Shown here piece after piece: positions 1 through 9,199 of a DNA stretch of 64,000 bases (its first letter is position 1; every line of letters begins with the position of its first letter). Made by a program: the position numbers and the translations under genes. The notes beneath the pieces are model-generated. The model saw only the letters and a list, made by a program, of their open reading frames with translations, was not told the origin of the DNA and did not search any database. The DNA is taken from the NCBI GenBank assembly GCA_951406725.2, contig OX597815.1, positions 83,452,001 to 83,516,000 of the forward strand, written 5' to 3'. This stretch comes from Octopus vulgaris (lineage: Eukaryota).

Positions 1-414
1 AAAAACCCTTTTCCATTCGTTTGTTCAGCTTGGTCACTTTTGACTTTTTCGTTGTTGTCACTCACATTGCTGCCCGCTTTTTTGCCGTTTTTGTACATTT
101 TTATACATTTTGGGATACTTACTCCACGTGTTCCGAGAGTTAAAAAGGTCGATTTGCGTCCCCTAGACAGTCTGTAGAAAATGTGTTGCATATAAAAAGC
201 TTAGATTCTCGACCCATGTCGAATTTATCGATTTTTTTTCAAAACTGGGGGAACTTTTCAAAATTTTCGCTCCGTTAGTTTTGAATTATGACATTGGGCT
301 ATGTGTGTGTCAAGTTTCATCAGAATCGGTTGAAAGCCGTGGTCAGGGTGAGAGTACAACCTGACGGACACACAGACACACAGACAGACAAACTGCCGTT
401 TATATATAGAGAGA
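1..414 (-). mobile_element. Non-autonomous Helitron, 5' portion (runs off window start)
   Basis: The reverse complement begins TCTCTCTATATATAAACGGCAGTTTGTCTGT, the same 5' end as the complete copy at 23859-24243. A 5'-TC start is the Helitron convention. Confidence 0.75.
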
Positions 415-426
415 TATGTGTATGCA

Positions 427-464
<38 letters not shown>

Positions 465-465
<1 letters not shown>

Positions 466-622
466 TTTATTTAAAGCAGCAGAAAATTCAACAAAATCTG
501 TTTCTCTGAGTTTCTCGTTGCCGTTCATCAGACAGTTTTTGCTAGCAAAAACTGTCTGATGAACGGCAACGAGAAACTCAGAGAAACAGATTTTGTTGAA
601 TTTTCTGCTGCTTTAAATAAAG
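465..622. repeat. Perfect 158-bp palindrome (79-bp arms, no spacer, centre GCT|AGC at 543/544)
   Basis: Arms read as exact reverse complements (ctttatttaaagcagc...gct / agc...gctgctttaaataaag), flanked by (TA)n. Confidence 0.95.
547..594 (+). ncRNA. Minimal type I hammerhead ribozyme motif, cleavage triplet degenerate (mirror copy 493-540, - strand)
   Basis: aaaactgt-CTGATGA(556-562)-acg gcaa cga-GAAAC(573-577)-tcaga-GAA-acagatttt. Stem I is ctgt/acag. The triplet is GAA where NUH is required. Confidence 0.7.
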
Positions 623-1035
623 CATATTACTCTACCACTGGTATTTGAGTACTCTTTTTTCCACCTTGTTTCACATTTATGTGTTTACTCCGGTATATAT
701 ATATATATATATACAGATGTGTGTGTGTGTCTATCTAAATGTATTCGGATATATATATATATGTGTGTGTGTATGTGTGTGTACATGTATATTTATATAT
801 TTAGGTGGGTATATACAAAACTATTTAGAGAAACTAGTTTAACTAGTTTAAATAATTCATGATATGTATAACAATTTTCTTTTCTTTTTGGGTGGGTATA
901 TGCATAACTATCTGTAGAATCTATTTTAAATAACTTAATTTATTGTATGTATAAATATGTATAAATTTTCCATCATTTTCCATATTTTCCATATTTTTGT
1001 AGGTATGTATCTGTGCAAATGTATATCTACGTGTA

Positions 1036-1093
<58 letters not shown>

Positions 1094-1487
1094 CGTATGT
1101 GCATATGTATTTTTACAAATATTAATATAAGTGTATGTGTATGCTTTTGCAGGATTATTGGTACATATGAATATTTAGATTTGTATAATTAGCATTTAAA
1201 TAGTACATATAATATTAGTTTCACTAATTATCTTCTATATTATTTTCATTCCAACCTTCACTTAATAATACATCTTATGCTTTTGTTGTGTCTCCGCGTC
1301 GTTTTTCTCTTCTTCAGTCCTAATATATGGAAGCTCATTTCAGCACATTCTATTTTCCCTTAATCTTCATATATACTCCCTTTGTCTTCCTATTAATTAA
1401 TTAATTAATTATGTCAACAATGCTTAGCCTTATATTTGTATATGTGTGTGTATATGTATTAATATATATGTATATATATATGTATGC

Positions 1488-1549
<62 letters not shown>

Positions 1550-1877
1550 GATGGGGGGAGAGAGTGTGTGTGTGTACATGTATTACGTGCATGTGTGTAT
1601 ATTGTTTCTATTGAATACCTAATTATTTCACTTTTATATACCCATAATTTAATAAATAGTCTATTGCTTTTAACACATTGCCACCAGCTTCGGTGTCTTG
1701 CATGGTTGTGCCTACATTAGCATTATTTATATTAATTTATCAATAACTATATATTTTTATAACTGTTCCTATTTGTATAAAAGTGTATATGCTTTTAACT
1801 ATAATGGTACTCTGTATATTTCCTCTTTTTATGCTTTCATTTTATTTTACATATAATAAATTTCTTTGTGTGCATCC

Positions 1878-1988
1878 TTCCCTGAAGATATTCTCACTTG
1901 TAGTAATAAACCAAATTAATTTAGTTAAATTAACTTAAATTCGGTTACTTTTTATGCTGCAAGTGATGAATTGAAACAATTGTAGGTC
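1878..1988 (+). ncRNA. Type I hammerhead-like motif with long stem II
   Basis: CTGAAGA(1882-1888); stem II attctcacttgtag/ctgcaagtgatgaat; GAAAC(1973-1977)-AATT-GTA gives palindromic stem III ACAATTGT. Stem I is weak (cc/gg). Confidence 0.65.
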
Positions 1989-2161
1989 TGGTCTTGTCAA
2001 TGATAATAAACGTTTATTAACCTTATCTCTATCTGGTCTTTTTTTTTTGCATAATATTAATAACACTATGTATGTATGTACCTGCTTTGTTAAGCATTCA
2101 ACCAGTCCAATCTTGGATATTTTTGTCCCTCCGGGGTTTATATCTTCACTTGTACCTTCAT

Positions 2162-2240
<79 letters not shown>

Positions 2241-2468
2241 CTTCATATATATATCGATATTTAAATACTTATCTGATCAGGTAGCCTGCATGGGAATAAA
2301 AACTTCCAATCGTAATAATTATTAACAATTATAATTTAGGGTATCAGAGAGATACCAACACGCTGGAAATAGCACTCAAAACATTAGTCGAAAACCACAT
2401 TAAATGTTCATACAGCACCAGGAGAGGAGACAAAGAGACAAAATAAATTAGCAAAAAATTACTGGATA

Positions 2469-2527
2469 ATTCCAGATCCCGGGTTTCTGACTCTGCATAA
2501 GAAATGCCCTGCCTTCATCAGTGGAAT
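2469..2527 (-). ncRNA. Type I hammerhead ribozyme (family A)
   Basis: RC: attcca-CTGATGA-aggcagggcatttcttatgcagagtca-GAAA-cccggg-ATC-tggaat. Stem I is attcca/tggaat. Confidence 0.75.
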
Positions 2528-2635
2528 ATACTCAGAAAGCACATAAATACAAATATATATGCAACATGCGATATACTTACATATACGAACGTATACATAC
2601 ACATATATGCACGTATATGTAAGTATATCGTATGT

Positions 2636-2697
<62 letters not shown>

Positions 2698-2721
2698 TGT
2701 AGTTATGTGCTTTCTAAGTAT

Positions 2722-2780
2722 ATTCCACTGATGAAGTCAGAGCATTTCTTATGCAGAGGCAGAAATCCGTGATCTGGAAT
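2722..2780 (+). ncRNA. Type I hammerhead ribozyme (family A)
   Basis: attcca-CTGATGA(2728-2734)-agtcagagcatttcttatgcagaggca-GAAA-tccgtg-ATC-tggaat. AUC cleavage triplet, with inner stem II gcat/atgc. Confidence 0.8.
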
Positions 2781-3183
2781 TATCCAGTAATTTTTTATCT
2801 AGTTTATTTTCTCTCTTTGTCTTCTCTCCTGGTACTCTATGAACATTTAATGTGGTTTTAGAGTCAAGATTTGAATGCTATTTCCAGCGTGGTGGTATCT
2901 ATTAGATACCCTAAATTATAATTTAATATATATATATATATTGGTTCGCGAGAGCACCTGTTTTCTCGAAGGCACACCTTGTCGAGAACTGTTCGAAATG
3001 CAGAGTAGAAAAATAACCGACAACTGATGAAGGATCGCTCTTTAAGTTAATTGTCCTGTTTTCTGCTTGTCCCTTTCGTTATTCGCATAAAAAAGTTCGC
3101 ATTCCATACTTTCATTATTCATATTTTATGCTGTTTTTTTAATTTCCTCTTATTTACGTTTTATGACGTCCTGTACACATATA

Positions 3184-3227
<44 letters not shown>

Positions 3228-3280
3228 TGTGTGTGTCTGTGTGTAAATATATACATATATGTATATATATATATATATAT

Positions 3281-3677
3281 TTAAACATATAAGGGATGGC
3301 TATAATATGGCATCCGACTCACTAGAAATTTTGAAATTAAATCGGCAGTTTATATTTACTGCTGAGAAAACCGCGCGAATGCGGTGGATTTTGAAAATTT
3401 ATAGCATATAGACTCGAGGCATGCTCGTTATCGCTTCGTGAATATATGGTAGTCCTTGGCTTTTCTGCTGATGAGTGCAACGCCGGTGGTAAATAACTTT
3501 AATTTAATTTAATTTATTTACGAAAGATTGCCGAAACTATGCATAGTCCAGAAACGAGAGGGTAAACGTTTTTATTTCTCTTTCCATTCCAGAATTACAA
3601 CTATTAGTGGTTTGGAGTTTAGCTGCTCTTTCTAGTGAGTCGGATGTCCTATTATAGCCATCCCTTATATGTTTGAA
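3281..3677. mobile_element. HHR-bearing element (family B) with ~47-bp inverted termini
   Basis: aaacatataagggatggctataatatggcatccgactcactagaaa (3283-3328) is inverted at 3629-3674 and encloses the HHR at 3462-3554. Confidence 0.7.
3462..3554 (+). ncRNA. Apparently intact type I hammerhead ribozyme, GUC site, palindromic stem III
   Basis: tttctg-CTGATGA(3468-3474)-extended stem II (gcaa/ttgc; gtaaataa/ttatttac)-GAAAC(3533-3537)-tatgcata-GTC(3546-3548)-cagaaa. ACTATGCATAGT is a perfect 12-nt palindrome. Confidence 0.88.
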
Positions 3678-4221
3678 TGTATATTATATAGTCTATTGAC
3701 TATTTTTTCTTTCTCACTTGGCCGCTTGTAGCGGAGAATTTGTCTAGAATTTTTCTAGAATATTTTGCTACCCTAAAATATATTAATATATGTATATATT
3801 TATATACACACACACACACACTTATATATATATATATATTATATGATTGAACGCAACGCATCAATTTCCAAGGAAGTTTATCTTAATCATTTCGATGCGA
3901 CTCTAACTTGCATTGTTCTCTTTCTCTCTCTCTCTCTCTCTCCATGCGTTTCCTCTGTCTTCCTTACTCTATTTTTTCTCTCCTTCACCGTTTTCTATCT
4001 GTCCCTCTCTCTCTCTCTCACTCGTTCTCTTTTATTTTCTCGTTGCTCACACGTGATCATCGGCTCTCTCTTTCCTTACTTGATCGTCTTTTTTTACTTC
4101 GCTCTGTGTCACAGACGAGACGCATTCTAGTCTGTCTCCTGTCCTATCTTTTCTCCTGTCAAAGCTTGTTTTTCCAGCGATTGCCACCTTAAAATATATA
4201 TAAATTCCATCCATGGTTTAG

Positions 4222-4778
4222 TATTATTATCATCTTAATTTTATCAAAGGCCTTCACTGCACTACCGAATGCAGCTCTGTGTGCCTTGGGTATGTGCTGT
4301 GACTTGTTTTGGTGCTCTTATCTTCACTGTATTGAAAGTGTTTTACGTAGGATGTGTGCGGTGCCTAGTAGTGCTATTTTTTTATGTTACATATACTTGA
4401 AGTCTTGAAATTTTTCTTATGTATATGTCTGAATGTTTTTTTATCATACCTAATGCGCCTACTATGATAGGACTTATTTCTGTTTTTAGGTTCCACATTC
4501 AAATTACCTCTATTTCCAAACAACTTTATTTTAGACAAACATTGTCATTTGTTGGTATTGACACATCGATGAAGGAGCATTTTTTCTTGGTGATCTCTGA
4601 CTACTATATCCGGGCTATTGGTCTTAATTTCTGTATTTGTGTGTATTGGCATATCCCAGATTATGGTTGTTTTCCTTTTTTCTGTGACATAGTTAGAATC
4701 TATATACACTGGGTAGCTTTCAGTGTATGTAGGTCCCAACTATGTCGTGTCTGTGAATATATTCCTTCTTAGCCAGGA
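4222..4778 (-). mobile_element. R4/Dong-like non-LTR retrotransposon 3' fragment (restriction-like endonuclease domain)
   Basis: Translates to IIWDMPIHTNTEIKTNSPDIVVRD...IDVSIP and IALLGTAHILRKTLSIQ*, frameshifted. Bounded by (TAT)n. Confidence 0.8.
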
Positions 4779-4789
4779 ATATTATTATA

Positions 4790-4845
<56 letters not shown>

Positions 4846-4976
4846 TATTATTATATTTATCCTACAATATAACACACAGCTCAGTACAACTCAATAAAAC
4901 TGCCACTTGGTATCATTAGGCTGCAGCCGGCATAATCAAACAGGTGCTTTTATATGCATATTTAAAAACAAACTTA

Positions 4977-5034
<58 letters not shown>

Positions 5035-5093
5035 GGGGGGTGATAGATAGATTAGATAGATATATATATATAGATAGATAGATAGATAGATAA

Positions 5094-5651
5094 GTTTCTT
5101 TATTGGCCACACAGGGCTGCACACAGATGGGACAAGTTACAAGGTAGAGCTTTTCTTTTGGGGGATGAAGAGAACAAAAAACAAAAGAAAAAAAAAAGAG
5201 GGTGGCGTAGGTTTTCGATCAAGAGGGATCGTAAAAGGGAAGAAAAGAACAAAAACAAAAAAAAATTGAATAAAATAAAAAGAATAAAAAGAAAAAAAAA
5301 TGGAAAAGAAACAAAAGGAAAGAGAAATGAAAAAAGAAGAAAAAAGGGGGAAAAAAGGGGAAGAGGAAAAAAAAAGAACGATCAATAGTGATCGTGTATC
5401 ACAGTGTTATGATATATGGTGTAAAGGGGAAAGCAAGTAAGGTTTATCCGTGGGAAGAAAAGCCTACGAAAAAGACCACGGTAACCTTGGTCAATATTCT
5501 TATATGTTACCACATTTGTTTGCAAGTGGGTAACCCTCTGTTTTCAATTTCTGGGTTCATAGGATTATGCTCAAGGTGGCTTCGTCATTCATACGTGCCA
5601 TCCTTGCTACATTCACCCATCTTTTTTTTAAAACATTCGCTAGACAAAACT

Positions 5652-5652
<1 letters not shown>
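5094..5652 (-). mobile_element. Tx1/L1-like LINE 3' end (ORF2 C-terminus plus U-rich 3' UTR)
   Basis: KKRWVNVARMARMNDEATLSIIL* followed by a T-rich UTR ending CCCTGTGTGGCCAATAAAGAAAC. Inserted in (GATA)n. Confidence 0.6.
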
Positions 5653-5737
<85 letters not shown>

Positions 5738-5786
5738 TAGGTATAGATAAAGATAGATACATACATACATTAAGAGATAGATATGC

Positions 5787-6298
5787 ATACATAATTATGT
5801 TTCTAAGAAGCGACATCTTTGCTAAAAATAAGAGTCATAAATATCTTCAAAGTCATAAGAATCATCACTAATTTTTTACAGGCATGGTGTAAAAAAAAAT
5901 AAGTGAATAAGAATTGTATCTCACCTCTACAAAATTGTCAAACGAATGGCAGTTAACATGACATCATGATTTCGAATTTAGCGCCAAAGAGCACATGATT
6001 TTATTCAGCCAGATCTACTCGTAACAATATTGGTAATTCACTTCGCATACCTGTATTCGCTTGAGGGCTCCAGCCGCATTGACATAACAATCTAAGTATA
6101 CAGGTATTGTGAAGTGGAATATCAGTATTCTTACGAATAGATCTCACCTTTTGCAGAGGTGAGATACAATTCTTATTCACTTATTTTTCACTATTCACTA
6201 TTCCTGTAAAACTTTAATGATACTTCTTGTGGCTTTGGAATTTTTTTATGATTCCTATTTACAGCAAAGCTGGAACTTCTTAACACCCTAATTATATA

Positions 6299-6300
<2 letters not shown>
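5787..6300. repeat. Diverged inverted repeat (~5787-5935 / ~6150-6300) enclosing a long hairpin at 6011-6144
   Basis: aaataagtgaataagaattgtatctcacctct vs agaggtgagatacaattcttattcacttattt; inner stem ttcacttcgcatacctgtat/atacaggtattgtgaagtggaa. Confidence 0.75.
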
Positions 6301-6360
<60 letters not shown>

Positions 6361-6479
6361 TGTATATGTGTATGCACGTGAATGTATTCATACCCGCACA
6401 GACAATGAGAGTATTTCCGCATATATACCTTTCATCATATATATCAAAATTAATAGTATTTAGTCGATGTACGAAAATA

Positions 6480-8520
6480 TAACATGTAAAGTAACGACAG
6501 GCGCTTCCGTAGTTAATCCTGGGAATCAGTGCATCTATTTTCTACTTTTTTAAATTCATATCAGGAATCGTTGACCTTGATTTACAATTGAATAAACTAA
6601 GAAAGATGTATCTTCTTATGAATCATCTGAAGAGACCTATTATTAGCATTATTCAAGAGGAGATATAGATTTCTAAATTCCGGTAGTTGATAGGCAAGCA
6701 AACCAATTCCTGCTCTGTCTTTTAGAAAGACAAAACTATTCAAATTGATTGTCTCTGTTAGCGGTTGAGAATTGGTTCGGCTGACGAGTATTCGATCTCA
6801 AGTCATAGTGTGTATTTACTGTTCTTAGCGTGCCGTCGCTCTAAACATTTTACATGTTCGTCTTAACTGTTCGCATGGTTTCTCCTGCTATTTAGAACTT
6901 CACTTGTTTCTCCTGACTTTTGACAAATGCCAGACTTCGGCACTCTCGACCAAGTATTTAGTTCATCTAGTCTAATCAGTACTATTTGCATATTATTTTG
7001 GACTCTTGTTTGTATAGCTATGTCATCCGTAAATGACTTAGATGTTTTCACTGTAACAGTTTCTTTTAAGCTAATCTAAATAGCATCTCCATAACGAACA
7101 CAAACCAAATTACCGATAGAGCGTAACCTGCAGGAATTCCAATTTGAAGTCTCTTCATTAGATTCTTAACCTTCTTCGTTGTATAAAGGGAGTCTATTTG
7201 TGCTGTACAAAACGACAAACATTAGCCAGATTTAGTCAAGCCAAACAACATTCAGTTCGATTTTATTCTTCTTCGCATCTTGTATCGCATCGCGGACTGA
7301 AAATGCATGTTCCACACACCCAGGAATTCTGGAGATGCCAGCCTTCAGCACACTTTCCGCTATATAGCTATTACTTTTATTTTGTAGATACGTAACTATT
7401 TTCTTAGCAACTACATCTGTGTAAATCTTGCCATCTGTATTCGGTATGGAATTTCTTTAAAGAGGTCAATCATTTTCGCTTCAGCTTCCGTTGGTAAGTA
7501 AATTCCTTCTTTATTACACCAGTCAGCAACAATTTACCCGTTATGTTACAACTCTGTAATTAGTCGTCGTGATCAGCTCTCTACAGTAGGTCGACGTTAA
7601 CGGTTCTGTCCAGAACAAAACGCCTTAGACAGTAACGCAAGTTGCGTTACCTCCCTTACAGCCACCAGTGATTCTCTGAGCCTCTGCGCATGGTGCCAAG
7701 GGGTATACAAATGTGCAACGAGAACGGTCGATGATGAGACTTCTCTGCAGTATCAGTTCGCTTTCTAGCTGGTGCCCAACCGCTGTCTGGTGATACAGAT
7801 CTTCCGTTTGACTGCAATAACCTTCAAGCCGTTGCTCTAGGACACCGCCTTGTCGGTTATTCCTCGTTCTGCTGCCGAGGTCTTCATCGTATTCCTGGAA
7901 GGGAAGGCTAAGGTGTCTCTAGCACTCGTCCCCGGTGACACCCCTGTCTACGTACGAAAGGGAAAACTTCACCTTTTCCAGTCAGCTATTGGTGTGGATA
8001 CTGTACTGTATTTTAAGTAGTAGATAAAGCTCATAACGTATTTGAGTACAATAATTTTAGTTTATACGTACACCATCACTTTCTGGTGCACTCTTTGGCC
8101 TTGCCTACTTCACGAAATTTTCAGCTTCTTCATTGCTGAAATCAAACTGAAATGTTATTCCTGTCTTCGCTTGGCATTCAAGCCACCCATGAGTGAATAG
8201 TTAATCGTTCTTTCGGTCAGAGTGAGTCTCTTGTATAAGTCCATCCAATTCATCTTTTGTATATTTTAGCCTGCCACTCTTAGGCTCTGCAAACAGAACC
8301 TAGTAATTTCATGAGGGTTCTTATAGACCTGCTCTCTAATCTCTTTACTCCCATTTCTTCATTCAACTTGTTTGATATATATATATTTTTTTGCAAATTA
8401 CAGCGCACATTTTATACTTCATCTTATAGGACTAACAAACCTTTCTTCTCGAGTCTGGCCTGTTTCCACAGTTTTCCTGTCTCACCTACTTTCGCCAGAC
8501 TAAACAGCTAATTTCAACCC
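6480..8520 (-). mobile_element. Decayed HERO/NeSL-like non-LTR retrotransposon RT fragments (interrupted ~7520-7990)
   Basis: RLQIGIPAGYALSVIWFVFVMEM (RT motif) and SFTDDIAI...RLDELNTWSR resemble HERO-type RT; many stops. Confidence 0.55.
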
Positions 8521-9199
8521 TTCTTTACTCATAAGCATTCTACACCTATCACATAGATAGATATAGACAATAGAGAATGAACTTCAAATAAAATAAAAAG
8601 CACAATACAATTGCGTTAGGTTTCACAAGCACTGCATCCAGCTAACGCTTGATGGCAAGAGAATGAATCTTATCCATTTGGTAGTGATTGTTTTATTTGA
8701 AAGAAATATGAAATACATAGGCATATGAGCAGGGATCAGTGAGAGAAAATAACGGCGTGGTGAAAATACACGTGGAAACGCGATTCAAATACCAGGATTA
8801 AGAAGGTGTATAAATATATATAATTTATATATATAAATTATATAAAATGTGTGTATATAAAATTATAGAGGGTTATATGTGTTTGGAGATTGGCAACTAG
8901 GTAATTTGAGGAACTATATTAATTTTAGGAAAAGTGTAATGATGATGAAAACTGTATTGGTGGCTATGATTCGTGGTGTCCGCATGTTCTACACAATTAA
9001 TACTACACTCACATATATCGAACACTCTGATGCAAAATATCTGTGCATATACCTGTACCATCGAGAAATGATATCAGTGCCAAAGTATAAAAAGTAAAAA
9101 AAAAAAAATATTGATTGGTAAAGATATTAATCGTAAAATTAGATCTAATGAAACATATATAATATTTAATATATGACATAAACGAAATAGAAATTATTG

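Larger units (their letters stand above)
2252..2925. mobile_element. HHR-bearing Penelope pLTR/retrozyme-like repeat, family A, inverted pair around (TA)n
   Basis: ~2330-2555 is the reverse complement of ~2690-2922. Homologous to 21349-22120 and 38272-38990. Confidence 0.75.

Noticed and set aside
2362-2890. gttttagag and gctggaaatagc resemble the Cas9 repeat/sgRNA scaffold
   Set aside because: The two pieces lie on opposite strands of a eukaryotic repeat, with no repeat-spacer array or cas genes. Treated as coincidence.
8812-8845. AT-only palindrome
   Set aside because: Low complexity; expected by chance.
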